Part shown: positions 41,948 to 49,764 of the stretch, one piece after another
Numbering within the stretch: position 1 is the stretch's first letter
Layout of the letters: every line of letters starts with the position of its first letter
Origin: Vicinamibacteria bacterium
GTDB lineage: Bacteria; Acidobacteriota; Vicinamibacteria; Vicinamibacterales; UBA8438
Length of the DNA stretch: 64,000 bases
Assembly (NCBI GenBank): GCA_963579735.1
Contig: CAUZIB010000001.1
Coordinates: forward strand, 65,492-129,491
Reading direction: 5' to 3'
Program-made: the position numbers and the translations under genes
The notes under the pieces: generated by a model
What the model was told of the DNA's origin: nothing
The model's input: the letters and a program-made list of their open reading frames with translations, nothing else
Databases searched by the model: none

Positions 41948-42401
41948 TCACTCCGATTCCCCGGCCGGCATCGTCCACAGCTGCGCGAATAGGTCGATGG
42001 CGTACCAAAGGTTGGCGATCCGAAGATTCTCGTCGGGCGCGTGTTGGTTGTTGTCGTGGTTCGCGACGGGAACAACAACGGCTGGCTTACGCCACACCTC
42101 CGTAAAGAGCGCGGTCGGCAGCGTCCCCCCCCCACCGGGTGAGAGCACGAGCGCCCCCTCGACGAACGCTCGGTCTGCGGCCTCATTGGCCGCACCAATG
42201 ACCTGCTGGACGTACGGGTTGCTCATTGATGTGAACGCGGGCCGCGTACACACCAACGGCCCACGGCCAGGCCATGGTGCAAATGTTCGCGCAGGTCGCG
42301 CGCCGACATCGCTCCTGAGGCGCGCCAGGTTGGCTCAGGCTCAGTTCATAGCGGCCGTTCGTGTTGACGAGACCGCCGACCGTCGCCGGTTCAAAACGCA
42401 C
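41948..42401 (-). pseudogene. M20/M28-type metallopeptidase C-terminal remnant (frameshifted, 5' truncated)
   Basis: ORF 41948..42256 reads ..LSPGGGGTLPTALFTEVWRKPAVVVPVANHDNNQHAPDENLRIANLWYAIDLFAQL, the C-terminal pattern of M20-family hydrolases. An upstream piece is in another frame (42183..42401). The fragment ends where the ABC permease gene starts. Confidence 0.5.
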
Positions 42402-42421
42402 TACAATTCGTCTTCCGGCGT

Positions 42422-43636
42422 ATGGGTATCTTCAAGATGGCGTGGCGGAACATCGGGCGCAACCCGCGCCGCACCCTCGTCACGGTATCGGCAATCACCC
42501 TCGCGCTCTTTGTAAGCGTCGTGTACACCAGCATGCTCCAGGGACTGCTCGCCGACATGGAGTACTCGGTCACCGAGCTCGAGATGGGCGATGTGCAGAT
42601 ACACACGGCGGACTATCTGAATAACCCGTCGCTCTACGAGCGCATCGAAGACGTCGACACACTCATCCCGACGTTGGAAGAGGCCGGGTTCCGCGCCAGT
42701 CCCCGGCTCATTGGCGCCAGTCTTGTGGCGACGCGCGAGTCGTCAGCTGGGGCGCAGCTACGCGGTGTCGATGTGGCGCTCGACGCGGGGGTCAGCCAAA
42801 TTTGGCAACGCGTCACAGAAGGCGAGTGGCTCGACCCCGCGGTTCCACGGGGGGTCGTTGTGGGGTATCGCCTCGCCCGCGCGCTCGGACTCGAGGTCGG
42901 TCACGAGCTGGTAGCCCTGAGCCAAGCGATGGACGGCAGCATGGCCAACGATCTCTTCTTGGTGCGTGGGATCTTGTCGGTCGTCGGCGACTCGGTCGAC
43001 CGGTCCGGCGTGTTTCTCAACGAAGCGATGTTCCGGGAATTCTTCGTCATGCCCGACGGTGTGCATGAGATCGTCGTGCGGAAGCCAGCCGGGGTCGAGC
43101 TCGCAGACGCGACCGAGAGCGTGCGAAGCCTCGCCCCCGGTCTCGATACAAAGTCCTGGCGCGAGCTCTTGCCGACCTTGGCGACCTATTTGGACGCGGC
43201 GAGTCAGGCGATGTGGTTTGTGGCGGCCATCATCTACCTTGTGATCGCGATCCTCATCCTCAACGCGATGCTGATGGCGGTGTTCGAGCGCATCCGCGAG
43301 TTCGGGGTGCTCAAGGCGTTGGGTGTCGAGCCGGGCCGAGTGATGTCGCTCATCCTCGTCGAGAGCGGACTGCAGACCGGTCTCGCCGTCACGGTCGGGT
43401 TGACGCTTGCGGCACCCACTCTGTGGTATCTCGTGCGGGTAGGAATCGATATGGGCGCGCTCACCGGAACATCGATCATCGGGATGACGATGGGCTCAAC
43501 CTGGCAGGCAACGGTGACACCCCTGACCGTGGCCGCCCCGGTTCTGGTGCTCGTCGTCATTGTATTGTTGGCCGTGCTCTATCCGGCGCGAAAGGCGGCG
43601 ACCATCAGTCCGGTCGAGGCGATGCGGTATCAGTAG
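42422..43636 (+). CDS. ABC transporter permease, FtsX/MacB/LolC-E type
   Basis: 404 aa. MAWRNIGRNPRRTLVTVSAITLALFV, a large periplasmic loop, and a C-terminal FtsX domain (MAVFERIREFGVLKALGV). Confidence 0.8.
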   Translation: MGIFKMAWRNIGRNPRRTLVTVSAITLALFVSVVYTSMLQGLLADMEYSVTELEMGDVQIHTADYLNNPSLYERIEDVDTLIPTLEEAGFRASPRLIGASLVATRESSAGAQLRGVDVALDAGVSQIWQRVTEGEWLDPAVPRGVVVGYRLARALGLEVGHELVALSQAMDGSMANDLFLVRGILSVVGDSVDRSGVFLNEAMFREFFVMPDGVHEIVVRKPAGVELADATESVRSLAPGLDTKSWRELLPTLATYLDAASQAMWFVAAIIYLVIAILILNAMLMAVFERIREFGVLKALGVEPGRVMSLILVESGLQTGLAVTVGLTLAAPTLWYLVRVGIDMGALTGTSIIGMTMGSTWQATVTPLTVAAPVLVLVVIVLLAVLYPARKAATISPVEAMRYQ

Positions 43637-43676
43637 CGGCGGAGGAGGAACTCTGAATTCGACAAGTCTGGCGAAG

Positions 43677-44903
43677 ATGGCGTGGCGCAATCTCTGGCGC
43701 AATCGTCGCCGCACGTCCATCACCCTGTCTGCGATTGTCTTTGGCGTTTTCCTGGCCGTACTGATGGCCGCCGTCCAAGACCGTCAGTGGAGCGAGATGA
43801 TCGGCCTCGCCGCCAGGCTCGGCGCGGGTCACGTGACACTGCAACACCCGGAGTATCTCAACAACCAGACATTGTCTCGGTCAGTGCGCGGGACCGACCG
43901 CCTCATTCGCCTCGCGAACGGGGAGCCGCGCGTGGCCCGGGTTGTGCAGCGTATCTCCGGTTTCAACATGCTCTCGACCGCTCACGAGAATCTCGGCGCC
44001 GGATTTCTGGCCGTCGACCCTTCACGGGAGGATGAGCACACGTTATCGCTTCTAGAGGCGATCGTCGAAGGTGAGTTCTTCGAAACATCAAGCGACGGCG
44101 GAATCATCCTCGGCGCGCGGCTCGCCTCGAATCTCGACGTCAAGCTCGGGTCAAAGGTGGTCTACACGATGACCGACAAGGACGGCGAGATCGTCAGCGC
44201 GCTCGCACGCGTGTCGGGCATCGCCCGCACCGGGTCTTCGGCGGTCGACGGCGGCATCTGTCTGCTCCCGATCGATACGGTGCGCGAGCTCATCGGCTTC
44301 GCCCCTGACGAGGCAATTCAAGTAGCCGTCTTTGTCGACGACCAGCGCCGGAGCGACGCGGTCGTTGCCGCTCTCGGCGGCGGACTGAGCGACGATGTCG
44401 CCGCGTTGCCATGGCACGAGCTCCAACCGGAGCTCGCCACCTTTATTGCGCTCAAGGTAGGCGGATCGTATGTCTTCATGATCATCATCGCGGTGTTGGT
44501 TGCCGCCGGCATCTTCAACACGCTCTTCGCCAGTGTCATGGAACGTATTCGCGAGTTCGGCATCATGATCGCAGTCGGGTTCAGCCCGGGCCAACTCTTT
44601 CGACTCGTCATGTTCGAGAGTGGATGGCTGGCCGTCGTCGGGCTCGTGGGCGCCGTCGTGGTCACGACCGGCCCCTACCTCTATCTATCATCAACCGGCC
44701 TCGATATCTCGGCGATGGCAGGGGATGCGGCCGATATGGAAATCGCTGGCGTCGGCATGGGAGATACCCTGACGGTGGGCATCTTCCCGGAGAACGCAGT
44801 ACTCATCGGGGTCTCGGCGCTCACCGCAGTGCTACTCGCGGGGCTCTACCCCGCGTGGAAAGCCGGACACGCCGACCCTGTGGAAGTCATCCGTGTGGTC
44901 TAG
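43677..44903 (+). CDS. ABC transporter permease, FtsX/MacB/LolC-E type (second copy)
   Basis: MAWRNLWRNRRRTSITLSAIVFGVF from the ATG at 43677. ASVMERIREFGIMIAVGF. A GGAGGAGG at about 43639-43646 sits 6 nt before an in-frame CTG (43653), so the true start may be upstream. Confidence 0.8.
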   Translation: MAWRNLWRNRRRTSITLSAIVFGVFLAVLMAAVQDRQWSEMIGLAARLGAGHVTLQHPEYLNNQTLSRSVRGTDRLIRLANGEPRVARVVQRISGFNMLSTAHENLGAGFLAVDPSREDEHTLSLLEAIVEGEFFETSSDGGIILGARLASNLDVKLGSKVVYTMTDKDGEIVSALARVSGIARTGSSAVDGGICLLPIDTVRELIGFAPDEAIQVAVFVDDQRRSDAVVAALGGGLSDDVAALPWHELQPELATFIALKVGGSYVFMIIIAVLVAAGIFNTLFASVMERIREFGIMIAVGFSPGQLFRLVMFESGWLAVVGLVGAVVVTTGPYLYLSSTGLDISAMAGDAADMEIAGVGMGDTLTVGIFPENAVLIGVSALTAVLLAGLYPAWKAGHADPVEVIRVV

Positions 44904-44990
44904 CCGCCACGTGGCAACAGTCCCATTTGTATTCGGCCGTGCCACGCGGTAGCGTCGCCACGCGTCGTTGGGCACGCACCGGGAGAACAG

Positions 44991-45695
44991 ATGAGCCACA
45001 ACGGCGCCACGCCGGTTGTCGAGCTGGAACGAGTCGTCAAGTCCTACCAGCAGGGCAAACAGCTGGTCGACGCGCTGCAGGGGATCACGATGAATGTGAA
45101 GGCCGGCGAGTTCACCGCGATCAGCGGCCCGTCCGGCTCGGGGAAAACCACCGCGCTCAACCTCATTGGTGCGCTCGATACACCGACGTCGGGGACCGTG
45201 CGAATCGACGGGACCGACCTTGGGACGCTCAACAGGAAGGAACTCAGCCGGTTGCGGCGGGATCGTATCGGCTTCGTGTTTCAGGCGTACAACCTACTGC
45301 CGGTCCTCAGCGCCTACGAGAACGCCGAGATCGTGATGGCGGTGCAAGGGGTCGACGAGGATCGCCGCCGGAGTCGGGTAATGGATCTCCTGGCCCAGGT
45401 GGGGCTAGAAGGCATGGAAGACCGGCGTCCCTCTGAACTTTCCGGCGGTCAGCAGCAGCGGGTGGCGATCGCACGGGCGATCGCTGCAAACCCGGCCGTC
45501 GTGCTCGCCGACGAACCAACGGCAAACGTCGATTCTCATACCGCCGATACGTTGCTCGACATGATGGAAACGCTCAACCAGGACCAGCGGGTCACCTTCT
45601 TGTTCTCGACGCACGATCCTCGGGTGATGGAGCGCGCGCGTCGCGTGATTCGTCTCGTCGACGGGCGGGTCGAAACCGACACGGTTCGCGATTGA
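44991..45695 (+). CDS. ABC transporter ATP-binding protein (LolD/MacB-type)
   Basis: Walker A GPSGSGKTT, signature LSGGQQQRVAIARA, Walker B VVLADEPT, H-loop STHD. Confidence 0.9.
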   Translation: MSHNGATPVVELERVVKSYQQGKQLVDALQGITMNVKAGEFTAISGPSGSGKTTALNLIGALDTPTSGTVRIDGTDLGTLNRKELSRLRRDRIGFVFQAYNLLPVLSAYENAEIVMAVQGVDEDRRRSRVMDLLAQVGLEGMEDRRPSELSGGQQQRVAIARAIAANPAVVLADEPTANVDSHTADTLLDMMETLNQDQRVTFLFSTHDPRVMERARRVIRLVDGRVETDTVRD

Positions 45696-45875
45696 CGCGT
45701 CACTGCCCCACCTGAGTGCCGAAGTCGCGGGCGATTTCGAATGTTGCCAAACGACCAGTCGAGATTGCGCCCGTTCTGACTCACATTCAGATCAAGCACG
45801 CGGCCATCGTGGATGACACCGTCGAAGTCGGTGTTCTCTACCTCTCGCTCGGAGGGGACGGGTGACGGACCCGCT

Positions 45876-46323
45876 TTACTTGGAAGGGCGGCGTGCCTTC
45901 CCGACCAGCGCGATCAAGTTGTCGACCGAGAGTGACCCGATAGCCTCGGCGATCAGCGGCAGCGGAAGATCGTCGAGCGTCCGAAACCGCACGCACGACT
46001 TGCCGACGTCAAACCTTTTTCCGTAGCCCGGTAGGTCTTTTCAAATGCCGCTCGCGCCTTGGCGTCGGCATAGATCCCCGTGAAATAGACAGCCATGTGA
46101 CGTTTCTTCGACGCAAGGGCTGCATACATGAGTGGTTGGCCGTTGTAGGTATCGGGGTATGTACGCAAGGGCACCTGATCGGCGATCATTCCCCAGTTCA
46201 GGGCTTCTTGGTACCCGTTGGGCAAGTGCTTGCGAATGACGCGTCGCACCGCGGAAATCGCCTGCCGACGTTCGTCTGGAAGAGATTTCAGATACTCTCG
46301 ACCGTCTTTGCGTCAGAGTGCAT
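45876..46323 (-). pseudogene. DUF1801 (YdhG-like) domain protein, two frameshifts
   Basis: MHSDAKTVES(stop) / EYLKSLPDERRQAISAVRRVIRKHLPNGYQEALNWGMI...PLMYAALASKKRHMAVYFTGIY / (after the A5 run in GGAAAAAGG) GKRFDVGKSCVRFRTLDDLPLPLIAEAIGSLSVDNLIALV. The three frames together give a full-length DUF1801-like protein. Confidence 0.6.
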
Positions 46324-46348
46324 GTCCGCTAGTGTCCATGTGTGGCCC

Positions 46349-47920
46349 TCAGGCCACCCCGACTCGCATCACCCGTTCGTGAAGGGATTCTACGGTGCGC
46401 CACGCCGACTCTACTGCGCCCTGCAGCCACGCCGGTTTCGAACTCGCTCCCGCCGAACCAAAGTAGAGCCGACGGTCCGGCTGGCTCAGCCGGTCGAGCA
46501 GGTCCGGAGACGGCGTTCGGCCGTAGGCGCCCAGGCTGTAGGGCACCTTTCCCCACCACACGCTATAGGCGGACTCGAACTCGTCTCGTACTTGCGGGTG
46601 AACCTTGGAAGCGTTCGTGAGGACGTGCGCGACACGGTCGTCAACGGAGCGGTCAGCCAGACCAGCCATGCGTCCGTCGCCGTAAAAGCCGAGGAGCACA
46701 CCCTTGTCGGTGAAATAGCCAGTTGACGGATACGAGAACTCGCCAAGCTGGAGATCACGCGACCACAGGTGTCCTCCAAAAATCCCGTCATCCTCTTCCC
46801 AGAAACGACGCTTCATCTGCAGGCCCATCTTGGCTGCGGCGCTATGACTGCATTCAGCGAGCGCGGTCGCCATGCCAGGGGAGAGGTCAATGTCGATCGT
46901 TTGTGCGATCGACATCGGCAAGCAGCAGACGCAGTAGTCGGCAGTCAGCTCTTGCTCGCGGCCCGTAGTAGTGTCTCGTGTCGCAACCCGGACATCGTTC
47001 CCCGATTGACGTATCGCTTGCACCTCGGTGCCCAGTGTGATGCGCTCGTCGAGGGCGCGCTGAAAAGCACGGGGGATTTCCATCATCCCGTCCACCGGTT
47101 GAAAGACTGGGTCCGGACCACCGGTCCCAGCGTACAGGGTCGCCGCGCGGCTCCCAAACCCGGACGCGAGCAGTGGTCCGAGGTCATACGGTTGGTCATC
47201 GCCCGCGCCGCGCGACGGAGGCGGCGTATAGACCAACGTATCGGACTCGAGATACCCGGCGGTGACCAAGAACTGGACCAATCGCTCTCGGTCCTCAGCG
47301 GACAGAGGCAGATCGATTTGGCCTTGGTCCGCCGCCTTCGCTAAGAGCTCGGCGGTCGAGCCCCAGAGGTCGGCGCGCACCTCACGGAGCCGTGCTTTGC
47401 GACCGGCCAGGGCCCCGACCTCGGAACGTTCTTCATAGAAATAGTTGGCGTCCGATGTATTGATGAAAATCTCGAGGGGGACACCGAGCTCTTTGCAATA
47501 CTCGAGCACACCGCGATCGCTATTCGGAATACGCCAGGCGCCAGCATTGAGATACTGCCCGTCGTCGAATTGACACACCTGTCCTTCGCCATCGACTTCC
47601 TCGTGTGCCGCGCCCCGCCGCACTGTCCAGCACAAGCCGCCCACCCAGTCTCGTGCTTCGAGGATCTGATAGTCATATCCGAGCTTGCCCAGCTCGTATC
47701 CCGCCACGAGCCCTGACATTCCCGCGCCCAGAACGATGACCCGAGTACCGGCCGCAGCCGTCGGGAGCTGAGGCAATCGCGGGCGCCGCGCAGCGCGCGC
47801 GCCCGTCAACCCCCAGGCATTCATGGCCCCCAGGACGAGCGACGCTCCCCCTGCCATGCCAAAGGCCTGGAGAATGCGACGCCTCGTCAATCCCTGCTGG
47901 CTACGATGTGCTGTGTCCAC
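46349..47920 (-). CDS. flavin-containing amine oxidase family protein with Tat signal
   Basis: 523 aa. Tat signal QQGLTRRRILQAFGMAGGASLVLGAMNAWG. FAD fold VIVLGAGMSGLVAGYELGKLGYDYQILEARDWVGG. C-terminal amine-oxidase region (LYFGSAGAS). Confidence 0.8.
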   Translation of the reverse strand: MDTAHRSQQGLTRRRILQAFGMAGGASLVLGAMNAWGLTGARAARRPRLPQLPTAAAGTRVIVLGAGMSGLVAGYELGKLGYDYQILEARDWVGGLCWTVRRGAAHEEVDGEGQVCQFDDGQYLNAGAWRIPNSDRGVLEYCKELGVPLEIFINTSDANYFYEERSEVGALAGRKARLREVRADLWGSTAELLAKAADQGQIDLPLSAEDRERLVQFLVTAGYLESDTLVYTPPPSRGAGDDQPYDLGPLLASGFGSRAATLYAGTGGPDPVFQPVDGMMEIPRAFQRALDERITLGTEVQAIRQSGNDVRVATRDTTTGREQELTADYCVCCLPMSIAQTIDIDLSPGMATALAECSHSAAAKMGLQMKRRFWEEDDGIFGGHLWSRDLQLGEFSYPSTGYFTDKGVLLGFYGDGRMAGLADRSVDDRVAHVLTNASKVHPQVRDEFESAYSVWWGKVPYSLGAYGRTPSPDLLDRLSQPDRRLYFGSAGASSKPAWLQGAVESAWRTVESLHERVMRVGVA

Positions 47921-47973
47921 GGCGTATTCCTCGTTAGCGGGCCCATGGTCTCTTCTCTCGCGGAACGAGTCGC

Positions 47974-49062
47974 TCAGGGACGTCGCTCTCGCCAGTAGGT
48001 CGGCAAATTTGGTTTCGTGTCTCTGAGGATGGTCAGTATCGCCTGCCGGTCGACGAAGGAAAGACCGGCATACATGGGTCGCGGATCGCCGCCGCTGAGC
48101 ACATCAAAGAGACGGCGGAGCAAGAACTCGCGAACGACTGGCTCGATCGCGTCGAACGCGCGACTGTAGATCATGTAGCTGAGCGGGTACCGAAACAGAC
48201 GTGTCTCGAGGTCGAAATCGCGAAGCGAGCGGCCGTCGCGGTCGTGCGGGCCACGACGTGGGAAAGACTGGACAAAGGTCGACTGCGCCTCGACCGGCGT
48301 ATCGAGGGACGCCTCGAGTGACGCATTATTGACGAACAGCATGTACGCCACGACCTCGTCAACCCGTGTTTTCATCCGCTCCGCCAGTGAATAGCCAATC
48401 ACACCGCTGTGCCGGGTGACCTGACTCTCCCACGCCAGACGCGTCAGCAAGTTGATCACGTGGGCCTGATGCCGCCACGTCAACAGCGCAACCGGGTCGG
48501 GTACCTGGATGGCGGTCGGCGACGCGACGCCGGCGAGCAGACCGGGCACGCCGAGCGTCTCTGCCGCGTGGTGGCACTCGGCGCACTCACGGGGACGAGC
48601 AAGCAACGGCGGCCCCGCGGGGCCCACCAGACCGGCAGCCACCGTATAGAAGGCGGCCCCGAGCCATGGGTCGGTCGCGATGATCTCGAAGGCGCCCGTA
48701 TCGGCCCGCGAGATAGCCACATCATCGCTGAAATAGACACCCCGAGACCCTTGCTCGGTGAGACTGTCCGGGTTGATATCGAGCTGGCGGAGTAGGCTTA
48801 ATAGGTAGCCGGAACCGTCATTCCGAAACGCGAGACCGGCTTCGCCGCGTTCGAGACGCGTGGCCAGCCACGATACCGGGTTGTCCGGTACCCGTGTCCA
48901 GTATTCGATCGCGGGATGCTCGGGAGCAATGACCAGGACATCGCGAACGGACGTCTGTCCCGAAACAACGGCGGTCAGTATGGTGACCACCACCGCTCCG
49001 GCGACCGCAACGGAACGAATGGCGGACGTCACGGATCGAGCGAGGCGCTTGGGCGGTCTCAT
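47974..49062 (-). CDS. membrane-anchored/exported hypothetical protein with a single CxxCH heme-c motif
   Basis: 362 aa. N-terminal anchor SVAVAGAVVVTILTAVV. RECAECHH in mid-protein. Conserved-looking tail FRYPLSYMIYSRAFDAIEPVVREFLLRRLFDVLSG. It lies 53 nt upstream of the amine oxidase and 4 nt downstream of the previous gene. Confidence 0.6.
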   Translation of the reverse strand: MRPPKRLARSVTSAIRSVAVAGAVVVTILTAVVSGQTSVRDVLVIAPEHPAIEYWTRVPDNPVSWLATRLERGEAGLAFRNDGSGYLLSLLRQLDINPDSLTEQGSRGVYFSDDVAISRADTGAFEIIATDPWLGAAFYTVAAGLVGPAGPPLLARPRECAECHHAAETLGVPGLLAGVASPTAIQVPDPVALLTWRHQAHVINLLTRLAWESQVTRHSGVIGYSLAERMKTRVDEVVAYMLFVNNASLEASLDTPVEAQSTFVQSFPRRGPHDRDGRSLRDFDLETRLFRYPLSYMIYSRAFDAIEPVVREFLLRRLFDVLSGGDPRPMYAGLSFVDRQAILTILRDTKPNLPTYWRERRP

Positions 49063-49066
49063 CGGA

Positions 49067-49687
49067 CTAGCCTCCTACCAGAATGACATCGATCGTTGTC
49101 CCCTGCCGACAGGCTGACGTCTCGCTGAGCGTGCCCGTCACGGCTACCATGTCGCCGGTCTGGAGAGCTCCGACCGCGGTTCCTACCAGCGTATACAGCT
49201 CGCCCGTCTCGCCCTCTTCTCGTAAGGCAAGACACCTCACACCTTCGTCTGTCACTCGTCCCCGGCGCAGGACGGTCCCGTCCGAGGTCGTCACGTGGAA
49301 CGCGGTCGACACCGCCAAGGGACGGAAATAGACGTCGACTAACACGAAGTAGTGCGTCCGATCCGATGTCGCCCAGTCGGGGATGGCCACAGCTTCCTGC
49401 ATCCGGCCTTCCTGGTCGGTGACAAGCTCGGACAACACCTCAAAGCTCGAACGGGTGCCGCCAAACCCGAGATAAATCGGTGTGAGAGCCGGGAGGTCTC
49501 GAGCGCGAACCGTGACGGCGGTGCCAGTCGGACCGCTTACAGGTTGAAAGACCGGTGTGCGGCTACTCTCTGGACTGGGTGACGACCGCTGGCCCATGGC
49601 TCCCCAGGCTAGCGTCCCTGCCCGGTCGTTCGCAACATCGTCGGCGAAGAAAAAGGACGTCTTCTGGGCGGTTTTCTCTCCGAACAT
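49067..49687 (-). CDS. hypothetical protein (no signal peptide seen)
   Basis: 206 aa. An in-frame TAA 12 nt upstream fixes the maximal start. Two-part architecture; the C-terminal part has a C...Y.L.G...G..V.V.G....C.QG pattern. First gene of the minus-strand trio. Confidence 0.5.
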   Translation of the reverse strand: MFGEKTAQKTSFFFADDVANDRAGTLAWGAMGQRSSPSPESSRTPVFQPVSGPTGTAVTVRARDLPALTPIYLGFGGTRSSFEVLSELVTDQEGRMQEAVAIPDWATSDRTHYFVLVDVYFRPLAVSTAFHVTTSDGTVLRRGRVTDEGVRCLALREEGETGELYTLVGTAVGALQTGDMVAVTGTLSETSACRQGTTIDVILVGG

Positions 49688-49764
49688 GACATAGGATTAC
49701 GGGGTTGGGGTGACTCTACATCCGGGTATCCAGTGGCCTTGTCGGTGAGTGAAAGCACGAAGTC

